The notes beneath the pieces were generated by a model. It saw only the letters and a program-made list of their open reading frames with translations, was not told the origin of the DNA and did not search any database. This document shows positions 30,656 to 40,774 of a stretch of DNA of 64,000 bases, in pieces; the first letter of the stretch is position 1, and each line of letters starts with the position of its first letter. The translations under genes were made by a program, and so were the position numbers. This DNA is from Chamaesiphon sp. (GTDB taxonomy: Bacteria > Cyanobacteriota > Cyanobacteriia > Cyanobacteriales > Chamaesiphonaceae): positions 96,001-160,000 of the forward strand of contig CBDFFH010000012.1 of NCBI GenBank assembly GCA_965246715.1. The letters are read 5' to 3'.

Positions 30656-31063
30656 ATGGTTGGATATTTAGTAACAATTTTGGCAACTGCACTTGGTTTA
30701 TTGGTGGTGGATACGATCGTCCCTGGGGTAGATATTGCTAACTTCCCAGCCGCATTAATTGCCGCCGCTGCGATCGGCTTAATTAATTCTTCATTGAGAC
30801 CGACACTTTCATTGCTATCTTTACCGCTCAATTTCGTCACTCTAGGTGGCTTCTCTTTGGTCGTGAATGGCATTTGTTTTTGGTTAGCTTCGATTTTGGT
30901 ACCTGGCTTTAGTATGAGTGGATTGGCAGCGTTTATTTTAGCTCCGTTAACTCTGTCTTTTACTAGCACATTCCTCAATAAGTACTTTGCCGAGAAGGAA
31001 GTTGGTAATGTATTGACGGGCAGCAAAAACCCTACGCTAACAGTTAAAGGAGACAACACTTAA
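30656..31063 (+). CDS. DUF360/YvlD-like 4-TM membrane protein
   Basis: VPGVDI...IGLINSSLRPTL...LPLNFVTLGGFSLVVNG. Confidence 0.82.
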   Translation: MVGYLVTILATALGLLVVDTIVPGVDIANFPAALIAAAAIGLINSSLRPTLSLLSLPLNFVTLGGFSLVVNGICFWLASILVPGFSMSGLAAFILAPLTLSFTSTFLNKYFAEKEVGNVLTGSKNPTLTVKGDNT

Positions 31064-31075
31064 AGGTCGACTGTA

Positions 31076-31129
31076 ATAGATTAAAAAGAGAACTAGGTAG
31101 TTAATTACCTAGTTCTCTTTTTAATCTAT
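31076..31129. terminator. Long hairpin, probable bidirectional terminator
   Basis: ATAGATTAAAAAGAGAACTAGGTA-GTTAAT-TACCTAGTTCTCTTTTTAATCTAT. Confidence 0.75.
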
Positions 31130-31264
31130 GCTAAACATCTATTGATTGTTCGCGATCGGGAAGGGTCCAGAATCAATTTTTTAAATGGTTTGTGGATGGA
31201 TTTAACAATTCCTAGGTCTTGATTTGTACTAGCTGCAAAATAAGTAACAGGATCTTTTTTTTAG

Positions 31265-32098
31265 TTACAGTGCTTGGTATGCGGCTGCGGTGAGCGATCG
31301 AATTTCAGCTAAACTCGGTGGTTCGACTAGTTCCGCCGCGGTTGTACTCAGCCATAATAGATACTCGATATTTCCGGCTGGCCCTGTGAGTGGCGACCAT
31401 GTTAACCCCCGATAATGCCAACCCAAATCGCTAGCAGCGGCTAAGACCCCGCAAATCGCCCCTGCCTGGGCTGATAAGTCTCTAACCACTCCACCCTTCC
31501 CGATCGCTTGTCTACCCACCTCAAATTGCGGTTTAACCAGCAATAAGAGTTCTTTTGGCTCTGTTAGCAACAATCCCAGTGCGGGCAAAATTTTGGCGAT
31601 CGAGATAAAGGAGACATCTACTACCGCTAAATCTGGCAGGGTGACAGAATAACAGCCTTCAATCGGTTCCCCATAAAGTTCGGCTGGTGTGAGATGGCGA
31701 ATGTTCGTGCGTTCGCGTAAGATTACCCGATCGTCAGTCCGGATTTTCCAGTCTACTTGTCCGTAGCCGACATCGATACCATAAACCTGCTTTGCACCAG
31801 CTTGTAATAAACAATCCGTAAAACCACCTGTCGAGATCCCCGCATCCAGACAAATTCGATCGAGGATCTCGATCGGAAATAATTCCAAAGCCTTGGCTAG
31901 TTTCTCGCCACCACGCGAGACAAACCGCGCTCTAGCTTTGACTTCAATCTCCGCAGTCAATAAAATTTCCGTGCCAGCTTTATCAACGATCTCGCCATTG
32001 ACCCGTACTTCCCCTGCTTGAATCCAGCGTTGTGCCAACTGGCGCGAGCCACAGAGATTGCGTTCTACTAATAGTAAGTCCAGACGTTGTTTTTTCAA
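31265..32098 (-). CDS. tlyA: TlyA family rRNA methyltransferase
   Basis: S4 domain, FVSRGGEKL, DAGISTGGFTDCLLQ, DVSFIS, LVKPQFE, GNIEYL. Confidence 0.92.
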   Translation of the reverse strand: MKKQRLDLLLVERNLCGSRQLAQRWIQAGEVRVNGEIVDKAGTEILLTAEIEVKARARFVSRGGEKLAKALELFPIEILDRICLDAGISTGGFTDCLLQAGAKQVYGIDVGYGQVDWKIRTDDRVILRERTNIRHLTPAELYGEPIEGCYSVTLPDLAVVDVSFISIAKILPALGLLLTEPKELLLLVKPQFEVGRQAIGKGGVVRDLSAQAGAICGVLAAASDLGWHYRGLTWSPLTGPAGNIEYLLWLSTTAAELVEPPSLAEIRSLTAAAYQAL

Positions 32099-32186
32099 GC
32101 TGCAATGAGGATGCGGGAAACGATTATCGATCTAATTATGAGATCGATTTTGGCACATTAGCCAAAATCGATCGAGATCGCCCGAA

Positions 32187-32600
32187 CTATCCCATGACCC
32201 CATCGCCAGCGAGTAATTGACAATTGGCTGCATACCATAATTGCCACAAGTAGACTTCGACTCGATCGGCTAATTGGGTGACAAAGATACCTTCGACCAG
32301 CTCCGGTTCGATAAACTCTGCTTGGGTAGAGAGCCAATCTCCACTAAATGCGATCTCCATATGGTCGAGATCGCAGTGATGGATCGTCACATTTCTCACC
32401 CTTTCATCACGTATATACCGCTCGACCTCCGTAACTTTGTCGAGTGGCGCAGGCAAGAGCATTGTCGCGCGTGCGGTACTTATCGAGAGCGGTTCACCCG
32501 TACTGGCTGCAAATCTGCGCCGTTGTTCGACCCAATCTGCTAAGTCAACACTTAACAATTCCAAATGTAAAGCTGTCTCGGTATAGATAAATTTCAGCAT
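32187..32600 (-). CDS. alr0857-family hypothetical protein
   Basis: MLKFIYTETALHLE...EGIFVTQL...LWQLW. Confidence 0.65.
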   Translation of the reverse strand: MLKFIYTETALHLELLSVDLADWVEQRRRFAASTGEPLSISTARATMLLPAPLDKVTEVERYIRDERVRNVTIHHCDLDHMEIAFSGDWLSTQAEFIEPELVEGIFVTQLADRVEVYLWQLWYAANCQLLAGDGVMG

Positions 32601-33074
32601 GGGTTTGTATGGATAAATCTTGCTTCCGATCCAACAATTCATCAAGATTGGGAATAATGAATTTTTAAGTGCTGGCTCATCGCTGTAGCTTAAAGAAAAA
32701 TTGTGAGGAAATTGTGAGGAGCGATCGAATCAGCCGATTTCATTTTGGGGGTTTTATCGTATCCAAATTTAAATCTACTACTCGATCGACAAGCTCTTAC
32801 CTAGAGCGGAACTATCCGTCTCGATCTAAGCTCATCGCTAGCTTGCCAGTCACCCGCCGCTCGATATACAGGTCGATTATTTATAGTTATCTACTAGTAG
32901 TAACTTCAACAGCCATTTGACTGATTCCGTAAAAAGTCTGTAACTGTTCCGTAATAAAAAATCTACAAGTAGACCTACTTGCGGAATAATTAGTGAGGTT
33001 TAGAAAATGTTTGCAATTTTCCGCAAAAAATACTACACTAAATACACCACCCTGTCTATTTAAGTCTCGGAGCA

Positions 33075-33440
33075 ATGTCAATCATGCATACACTCAAACG
33101 TACGCCCACCACGGAAATGGAAGTTACTAGCATTCGGCTAGAGCGGGAACTCAAGGAGCGTCTCAAAGAAATTTCTGGTCATCAAGGCTATCAAGCATTG
33201 ATCCGGGAAGTTCTCTGGAAATACGTGCAGCAAAAATCTGGCGATTACCGCCATCGGTTTACTCCTGATGATATCCGCGCTACCGTTGCTGCTACTGCTA
33301 ATGCAGAAGAGCGTTGTGGCATTACTGGTAAGATTATCAATCCTAACGAACAGATGTTATTGGGTTTAACCAGCACAGGTGATTTTATTCCCCTTTCACT
33401 CGATAGTCTCACTGCTGTGACTCCCGAGCCAGCTGCATAG
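33075..33440 (+). CDS. Ribbon-helix-helix (CopG-like) DNA-binding protein
   Basis: MEVTSIRLERELKERLKEISGHQGYQALIREVLW. Confidence 0.8.
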   Translation: MSIMHTLKRTPTTEMEVTSIRLERELKERLKEISGHQGYQALIREVLWKYVQQKSGDYRHRFTPDDIRATVAATANAEERCGITGKIINPNEQMLLGLTSTGDFIPLSLDSLTAVTPEPAA

Positions 33441-33611
33441 AAAAATAGCTCGAAGTCAAACTACTTCGAGCTATTAACACTGGCTATTTGGTAGCAAAGC
33501 ACATCATTAAAATAAAAACGATCGTCACTCCTGCTGAAATCAGCATTATCGTGACGATCGTTTATTTTATAAATCTAGGGAACTGCAACCACTCAATCTA
33601 ATTAGGAACGA

Positions 33612-34121
33612 TTAGAGATCTCGTTCGCTAATTTCGCGAGTCATGTGGTCGAAAGGTGCATCTACGCAGCTAGTATCGGCGATACCCGCCGCGATAACTT
33701 CAGCCTTGACCAAATCTTTCATGATTTGGATCCCACGCACTGTGGGGGCGATGGGTACACCTAGAGAGTTATAAGTTTCGCGCAAGCCTTGCAAGACACG
33801 CTCGTCCAAAACATTAGTATCTCCAGCGACGATCGCATAGCTAGCGTAGCGGAGATAATAATCCATATCCCGGAGACAAGCAGCATAACGACGAGTGGTA
33901 TAAGAATTGCCACCAGGACGGATTAATTCCGGTAATTCGCCAAATAACACCAAGCTCGCTTTTTTGACGATCGCAGCTGCATTGGCATTAATTACCCCCG
34001 CAGTAGCGATCCGCGCCGCACCAGTATCGAAATAGGATTTTAAGCTATCGATCGCGTTGCGGTCTAAGTAACGACCTGTTATATCGTAAGTTTTAATGAG
34101 ATTTGTTACAGCATCCCGCAT
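33612..34121 (-). CDS. apcF: Allophycocyanin beta-18 subunit
   Basis: MRDAVTNLIKTYDITGRYLD, PGGNSYTTRRYAACLRDMDYYLRYASY; 169 aa. Confidence 0.93.
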   Translation of the reverse strand: MRDAVTNLIKTYDITGRYLDRNAIDSLKSYFDTGAARIATAGVINANAAAIVKKASLVLFGELPELIRPGGNSYTTRRYAACLRDMDYYLRYASYAIVAGDTNVLDERVLQGLRETYNSLGVPIAPTVRGIQIMKDLVKAEVIAAGIADTSCVDAPFDHMTREISERDL

Positions 34122-34232
34122 GAGATAGCTCTCCCAACAATATTCTTTTATCGATTTTTCAGTATCGCAGAAAATCGCGACCCTGCGTTATACATGCGTT
34201 ACAATTCGCAATTGTATTTTAATCTCTAGGTT

Positions 34233-34523
34233 TTAGTAGCGACCGCCAACCAATGGCCGTCCGGTTTTAGCTGCCTTCCCAGCCGCTCTAGCTCTAGACA
34301 AGGGATTAAACCAATCGAAGGCATTCCCTGGTTGCGAAATTACCGTTAATTCCTCGGGATAGCGCGGTTGGGGATCGCTTGCCAGAATCACCGGCGGAAC
34401 TAGCTGGGGATCGTAGCCGATCACCGTATCGATAATCCCTGGTCGTCGTTTGAGTTCGACCTTTTGTCCGGGACGATAGGTTAACATTTCGACTGCTTCA
34501 CTCCATATTGCACGTTCCACCAT
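34233..34523 (-). CDS. Small hypothetical protein
   Basis: YDPQLVPPVILASDPQPRYPEEL motif; start uncertain. Confidence 0.55.
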   Translation of the reverse strand: MVERAIWSEAVEMLTYRPGQKVELKRRPGIIDTVIGYDPQLVPPVILASDPQPRYPEELTVISQPGNAFDWFNPLSRARAAGKAAKTGRPLVGGRY

Positions 34524-34754
34524 TGCTACGATCCCCGTTATACTACTGATTAACTTTACTTATCGATTATAAGGGTAATTATCCGATCGAAAGTAATATT
34601 TGGTCAATTACGATACTTTTTTTTAAGATTTGGGATCGATTTTTTTCAGTTTGCGGCGAGGGGATGGATCTGCTTCGCTCCGCGATCGGGTTTTGGGCGA
34701 GCTTAATGAAGAATCGCGAGATTCTCTATTAAAGCTCGCCCCTACAGAGCCGTA

Positions 34755-35934
34755 CTACGCTTTGAATGTTAAAATTGGCTGCATTTTTGCGACCACTTCC
34801 ACCATTCCCGCAGCTACTTGCGTCTCCACCACTCGATCGATCGACTTATATGCCGCAGGCGCTTCTTCGATCCGGCGTTCCTCCCGTAAGGTGATGCAAT
34901 CTACTCCCGTCAAACCTAAATCTGACTCGGTATAATTTGCCCCCGCACGAGTGAGATCGAATCGCGAGATCGCTCGTCCCGCGCCATGTGCCGCCGAACT
35001 AAGGTATCGCTTGTTTCCCAATCCTGAGAGTAGATACGACGGCGTACCCATCGAACCAGGTGTAATCAGCAATTGTCCGGCTGCTGCCGCACATGCGCCC
35101 TTGCGGACGATCCAACTTTCCGGAGCTTTGGGATTGTCTGGAAAGGTGAGGTTGTGGGGGATATCGCAGACTAGTGGAGCTGCAATATCTCCATAGACTT
35201 GCCGCAAGCGCAACCGGAGCAATTCAGCAAGAATCTGCTGGATTTCCACAAAATGATTGCCACCGCCAATGGTGCCGAGACTACCATCGCGAACCAATCC
35301 TGATGCTGGCACCAATTCGCTCGGTGCCCAGCGAGCATTGCCATGGAGAGCACCGAGAAATTGCACTCGATCGATCTCCTGCCACAATTGGGTAAAGTCC
35401 GAGTTGGCGACGCTCCCCAGGGGTGCTTTCCCCATCTGCTCCAACCAGCAAGGGATGCCATTGTCAAACATCGCCCGACTGGTAGCTGCTGTCATCGTCA
35501 CGTCGCGGGTACCTAGGAAGTAATCGCCTTTCATCAAGTTGACGAATTTGTCACGTTGTGCAAGAAAATCGTCGCGACTGAGATCGACAACGTGCAAGCG
35601 CATCCCGCAGTTGATATCGCTCCCGACTGCTGCGGGTACTACCATCCCTTGGGTTTGAATTACCGAACCGATCGCGACTCCAGCATCACCAGGCAGGAGT
35701 AGCAATAGTCCGAGCGACTTTACCGCCACTGGGATGGCTAAGGGTAGTCAGTTGAGCAAGTTGTTGGAAGGCTTTACCTTCGATCGGAAAATCTGGCGGT
35801 AATAGTACTTCTGCTGCTGGTGCATCAGGAACCCGATCTAATCGCACCGTGTAAGTTCGGTTATCGTAACTGACATCCAATCCTTGCTTGGCAAGAGCGC
35901 GGAGGAGTCTTTGAGTATTCTTGGGCTGCTGCAT
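34755..35934 (-). pseudogene. rtcB: RtcB-family RNA ligase pseudogene (frameshift plus internal in-frame deletion)
   Basis: Two overlapping frames join at ~35693; motifs VGSDINCGMR, GGGNHFVE, PHN, RKGA, PGSMG, HGAGR, EEAPAAYK; central segment missing at ~35235. Confidence 0.82.
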
Positions 35935-36049
35935 AAAAACCTCTCACCAACATTCATATGATGTCGGCAATTATCTCTGTATAAGTTGACTGGATGTTTA
36001 GCAGCCGCAGTCGATTGTAGTTGAAGGTTTTGGTGATTGAGTTAATGAG

Positions 36050-36632
36050 TGTCTTATCAAATATGCCTTGGAACTGTCAGCAGAAGCGATGTTTAATGCC
36101 CATTCATACGGGTTTAGACCTAGCAGAAGCTGTCATGACATCCAGAAACAATTATTCAATAATCTGAATTCCAGTAGTAATGGATTAGAAAAAAGAATTT
36201 TGGAATTGGATATTCAAAAGTGCTTCGACAAGATTGACCACAAATTCTTAATGCAATCTGTTCAGCTACAAAAGGCAGCAAAACAAGGAGTCTTTAGGGC
36301 AATAAAAGCCGGAGTTAGAGGAGAATTTCCTTCTTCAGAATCCGGCACGCCTCAAGGTGGGGTCTTTAGCCCATTACTAGCGAATGGTTATAAAAAGAGC
36401 AATTCCTTCAGTTAGTTGGTCGGCTTGCAAGTTCGTCAGTGTAAAAGGAAATAAATCACCTTATGACGGCGATTTTGTTTACTGGTCAAAACGGGAAAAT
36501 GCTAACTACGATGGGATAACGGCACGACTTCTCAAGAAACAGAATCACAAATGTACAGATTGTAATCTATCGTTTATTTCTGGTGATATTGCGGAACTAC
36601 ACCATATCGACGGCAACCATGACAATTGGAAA
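36050..36632 (+). mobile_element. Deleted group II intron ORF remnant (RT subdomains 2-4 joined out of frame to the C-terminal HNH)
   Basis: SYGFRPSRSCHD, ILELDIQKCFDKIDH, GTPQGGVFSPLLAN, then KGNKSPYDGDFVYWSKR...C..C...ELHHIDGNHDNW; no YADD. Confidence 0.85.
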
Positions 36633-36850
36633 CCGCTGAGGAAGTCGATCTGCCGATCGATCGATTGAATAGTCGCGAATTAGAAATTCTCCAGCAGATG
36701 AAACTCGGTCATAATAACCGCGAAATTGCCGAAATCTTGCACCTGAGCGAAGGTACTGTCAAAAATTACGTTACGACCTTACTCTCAAAACTCAATATGC
36801 GCGATCGCACCCAAGCTGCACTCTGGGCACAAAAACAACTTTCACAATGA
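36632..36850 (+). pseudogene. LuxR/NarL C-terminal HTH fragment without receiver domain
   Basis: LNSRELEILQQMKLGHNNREIAEILHLSEGTVKNYVTTLLSKLNMRDRTQAALWA, fused directly to the intron remnant. Confidence 0.75.
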
Positions 36851-36924
36851 TGAATTGAATCTCGATCCCCCAACTCCCCCTACGATCCCCTCTTGGGAGG
36901 CACAGGAGAGAATTCTGAATACTT

Positions 36925-37950
36925 CTAGATCAACAATTCCGACAGTTGCTTTAAGTCCCAATCGATATTATTGAACACGGGAATATCGGTAAATTCAGCC
37001 AACTCACGCAGCACCAGCGGCGAACTCGAGCACACCCCAGAAATTGCGTCGGGAACCAGCCCAAACTCATGCTTGAGGGTGTGCAGACCACCGATCGCCC
37101 CAAAAGTATCATGCGCGGCAAATATCAATTTATGAATGCGAGATCGCACGTCTGGAGACTTTAATAGTAGTGCTGTTTCTCGTTGTAAAATCCCATCGGC
37201 TAACTCCACCGCCCAAAAATTCTTCGGATTATTAGCATACTTGAGATCGAGATCGTTAAAAATTTGGACGACTTCTGTTTCGTCTAATAAATAAGTAGAG
37301 GGAAATCCAAAACTAGTGAAGTCATTAATAATCGAAGCACCGGCATCTTGCATGTGCAAAATATCTTTAAGACTTGCCGTGCCTGTCACCTTTGATGCCC
37401 GAACGTCATAACCCATCGATGTCAACGCCCAGCAGCAGGCAGTCGCGCTGGTACTCTTGCCAGAGTTCATACTCGTCCCCACCACTAAAATCAGCTTCGA
37501 TCTGTCTTCTTTCTTCTTCGAGTTCTTGGGTTTGATTAATGAGTATTGACGAGTATTTAATACTTTGCCATCGCTATCGCAAACATAGCCTAATACCTTA
37601 ACGTGAGTCGGTTCGCTGACTGAAGAATTTTTGACTTTTACATTACCAATAATTCCCGATCGAGCCAACAGATCCACTTTGGTAGTCATCGTCATCGGAA
37701 TTACTCCTTCATAATAATCGGGTGCATACCGATTGCCAAATACAAAAATTGCGGTCGAACCTTCATTAATGCGATGGATTCTGCCCGATTTATTCTCTAG
37801 TTCGGCATGTTGCCCGAGTCGAATAATTTTCCCGTAAACGACATCACCAATCTCAGGCTGTTTATCTAAAAAATTATAGTATTTGATCTGTTTGCGACTA
37901 ATCGTGTATGCAGCACTAGGAAGAATATACCAATCAGGAATCTTGTGCAT
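36925..37950 (-). CDS. DUF1611-like P-loop protein
   Basis: FGNRYAPDYYEG, GTSMNSGKST, KVTGTA, ELADGILQRET. Confidence 0.65.
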   Translation of the reverse strand: MHKIPDWYILPSAAYTISRKQIKYYNFLDKQPEIGDVVYGKIIRLGQHAELENKSGRIHRINEGSTAIFVFGNRYAPDYYEGVIPMTMTTKVDLLARSGIIGNVKVKNSSVSEPTHVKVLGYVCDSDGKVLNTRQYSLIKPKNSKKKEDRSKLILVVGTSMNSGKSTSATACCWALTSMGYDVRASKVTGTASLKDILHMQDAGASIINDFTSFGFPSTYLLDETEVVQIFNDLDLKYANNPKNFWAVELADGILQRETALLLKSPDVRSRIHKLIFAAHDTFGAIGGLHTLKHEFGLVPDAISGVCSSSPLVLRELAEFTDIPVFNNIDWDLKQLSELLI

Positions 37951-38273
37951 CTGAAGTCAATTTTATGTAACTCTAAATTCAGTAGCTGTAATTTAACACT
38001 GGCGTTAACAGCTGCTGTCGAGTGCGGATATGCTATCTTCGCCTAAATTCAGCCCACAAAGCTGTGATGTTTTATGCATTCAGGCACTCGATCGCTTGTC
38101 AGCATTCTAGTTTTGACTACCAATTTTCGAATCAGATCCTCATAAGAGTGAAAAAAACTAATTCCAACTAGTCTGAATAATTAGCATGAATATTGGGTAC
38201 TGTCGCAGTAAATAATTGCCCAGATTGCTTGAACACGATTGCAGATCTACTAATTAATTTTCAGAGATCGGGA

Positions 38274-39131
38274 TTAATGAGTATAAAATCCGATCGCGTG
38301 CGGTACCGAAGTTCCGGAATCGATCGATCTTTTACCATCAATTACTAAACCAGTACTCCCGCCACCATCCAACATGGCAACTCGTTGTGCTCCAAAACTT
38401 TTTAGTGCTGCGACTGCATCGGCTTGTTTTGCTGCTTTACTCGAAAAAACCACGATCGTTTCATTTTTACCATCGCCATCAGTATCTTTTATCCCGATAA
38501 ATGTCCGTGCGAGCGGACGATTTGCGCGTTTTCCTGCTGTTTCTGCTAACGCACCAACTACTTCAGGAAATTGTGGATTGTCAAATGTGGCGCGATCGTA
38601 GTTATCGATTCTCGCTTGTTTGGTTTCATTATTCCAAGCAACAGTTTGATTTAAACCAGGAAATTCATCCAATCCATAACCGTAACTAATTACCGTTCCT
38701 GCTGATTTCAAGCCAAAGGCAATCGGTGTCGGTTGGTTGTATTTAGCAAAAAATGCCCCATTGATGACGACTCGAACGCGACGTTTGGATGTATTCTGGC
38801 TGACACCATCTTGCCAAAACTGAGCCATCGATCGCGGGGCAACTTTACCATTGGGTGCATCGGTATACTTACCTGTAAGATCGATCGCTTCAGCTCGCTG
38901 CAGGTTTATTACCGTGACATAACTTTCCCGCTCCGAGTTTTTAAATACTCGCACGCCAGCAGTATCGAGCAGAGCTTGATATCCGGCTGGAATTTCCGGT
39001 ACCCCAGCCGATTTACCAGCCTGCTGAGCCTGTTTGGGTGCAGTTCGAGCCGGATTTATCGCATAAGTGGAGATCGAGCCAATGGTTAATAATACTCCAC
39101 TGCCTAGCAAGATTAATGTGTGTCTATTCAC
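38274..39131 (-). CDS. Exported phosphodiester glycosidase (NAGPA-like) family protein
   Basis: Signal peptide, VINGAFF, RTFIG, AMLDGGGST. Confidence 0.72.
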   Translation of the reverse strand: MNRHTLILLGSGVLLTIGSISTYAINPARTAPKQAQQAGKSAGVPEIPAGYQALLDTAGVRVFKNSERESYVTVINLQRAEAIDLTGKYTDAPNGKVAPRSMAQFWQDGVSQNTSKRRVRVVINGAFFAKYNQPTPIAFGLKSAGTVISYGYGLDEFPGLNQTVAWNNETKQARIDNYDRATFDNPQFPEVVGALAETAGKRANRPLARTFIGIKDTDGDGKNETIVVFSSKAAKQADAVAALKSFGAQRVAMLDGGGSTGLVIDGKRSIDSGTSVPHAIGFYTH

Positions 39132-39314
39132 GATCGAGAGTTGTAGTAACTATTTAGCTATGACAGATCGATCGAGTCGTTTGTTGCCAATTCGATCTCG
39201 GGAAGCAGCAATGTCCCAGCTTAATGTTGCCATTTGCCACAATTTTTTACCTTCAGCAATGATGGTACATTTTAACTCTTGTGAATTCTCATCGGGCGAT
39301 CTTGCTCATATGTT

Positions 39315-40025
39315 TCATTTCCGATTGAGCCAAATAGCTGTCAAGCCAACGCTATTTGCCCCTTGATAATCCTCCTCAAAACTATCACCAATATGCCATG
39401 CTGATTTGGGCTGACATTGATGTTTATCTAAAGCTGCTCTAAAGATATTTGGCTGCGGTTTCGCCACACTTACTTCGGTAGAAATTGTCACTGTCGAGAA
39501 ATATTTAGTTAAATCCAATGCTTCGAGCACCGCATACAACCGCGAATCAAAATTAGATAATACGCCCAGTTCGATCTTCGATCGCGTCCACAGATCTAGA
39601 GCTGGAATGACATCGGGATAAATAACCCAAGCCGATGGAGTTGCGAAGTAGCCATATAACTCCTGAAAAAAAGCATCGAAGTCCACAAACTGCTCCCAAA
39701 CGCCAACGGCTGTAAAAGTCTGACGATTGATTTCGCGCCACCACTGATACTCATGCTGCGGGATATCTGCGGTTGCGACATGCGGAAAAATACAGGGCGC
39801 AGAGTTTTTAAAAGCCTTGTAAAAGCATTGATTGAGTAATTCTGGTTGACAATTTACCCTATATTTACTGGCTACTTCACTATAAATGTGCCCGACACTA
39901 TCGCGCACGCCAAATAACGTACCGACAGCATCGAGAAAGATAACTTTTGGTAATGGAAGAGAGTCAGGGATATTTAACAGCGTAGAATATTGGTGCTGGA
40001 TCTGGAGATTATCAAAATTTGCCAC
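39315..40025 (-). CDS. HAD-superfamily hydrolase
   Basis: FLDAVGTLF, LSNFD, KP, HIGDSFEEDY. Confidence 0.88.
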   Translation of the reverse strand: MANFDNLQIQHQYSTLLNIPDSLPLPKVIFLDAVGTLFGVRDSVGHIYSEVASKYRVNCQPELLNQCFYKAFKNSAPCIFPHVATADIPQHEYQWWREINRQTFTAVGVWEQFVDFDAFFQELYGYFATPSAWVIYPDVIPALDLWTRSKIELGVLSNFDSRLYAVLEALDLTKYFSTVTISTEVSVAKPQPNIFRAALDKHQCQPKSAWHIGDSFEEDYQGANSVGLTAIWLNRK

Positions 40026-40132
40026 TAGAGAAACTTACCTGCCGATTGTTTTAATTTTTACCTTTCTAGATTACTGCAATAATAAGAGGCTGTACTTTGT
40101 TTATCTGCTCCGATCGAGCAACCACTATCACG

Positions 40133-40549
40133 ATGTCTTTAACCGATTCGCAGGCAATCGCCGCTCGATCTCTCCTCTTGACATGTCAAGATCCGCAAGT
40201 TGCTGCCGCCAAGAACCCCGCAGAAATCCGTCAAGCACTGCTGACGCTCTTACCGGAGATCGAGCGGCTGATGCTAGGCATCTGTGCGAATAGTTGGACT
40301 GAGGGTATGCTTGCGTTGACACAATACAGTCGTGCCCTAAATCTGCCCCTCCTCTTGCCAACTCCTGAGTTGAGCGGAGCGATCTATATCAAATTCAATC
40401 CGAGTAGCCCCAATTGTTACGCCTCGGCATATGAGGGGAGCGAGCGCGGTGTATTAGTAGCCGCTCAATCTGACGATTTAACTAAGTTAAATGAAATGTT
40501 CGGTCATCTCCCGATCGATTTGTTTGCGGCGGTAGATGTTGTTAAATAA
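40133..40549 (+). CDS. DUF1824 family protein
   Basis: LGICANS, IYIKFN, YEGSERGVLV, FGHLPIDLF. Confidence 0.75.
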   Translation: MSLTDSQAIAARSLLLTCQDPQVAAAKNPAEIRQALLTLLPEIERLMLGICANSWTEGMLALTQYSRALNLPLLLPTPELSGAIYIKFNPSSPNCYASAYEGSERGVLVAAQSDDLTKLNEMFGHLPIDLFAAVDVVK

Positions 40550-40605
40550 TCCTAGTTTAGGCGTTCCTGAATACATGTATTATTTATTAATATGCGATCG
40601 CTAAG

Positions 40606-40647
40606 ATTCAGAGTAGGGGCAATTCATGAATTGTCTCTACTCTGAAT
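40606..40647. repeat. GTAG-type REP-like hairpin
   Basis: CAGAGTAGGGGCAATTCATGAATTGTCTCTACTCTG. Confidence 0.7.
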
Positions 40648-40774
40648 TCTCCTATTCAACAATGCCCCAATTAAAATAAATAAAGCTACCGATCGGTGAA
40701 TTTAGCCTGCGAAAGCGGACTGTGTTTGTCTCGACGCAGTTTCGATCGCCAGTTTTCAAGAATTAGGACTATTC

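Noticed and set aside
30656..31063. Prophage suggested by a 'phage holin family' membrane protein
   Set aside because: DUF360/YvlD proteins are common chromosomal genes; no integrase, structural or lysis genes nearby
32926..32945. HLR1-like repeat between the alr0857-family and RHH genes
   Set aside because: Half-site spacing is off by one and the second half-site is poor
35680..35730. Programmed frameshift in rtcB
   Set aside because: No slippery sequence; catalytic residues are missing at the junction and a second deletion exists
36050..36632. Retron, DGR or defence-associated RT, or an RT-RtcB system
   Set aside because: Motifs and C-terminal HNH are group II intron type; YADD is deleted; no domain V/VI or msr-msd seen; rtcB is itself broken, so adjacency looks like shared decay
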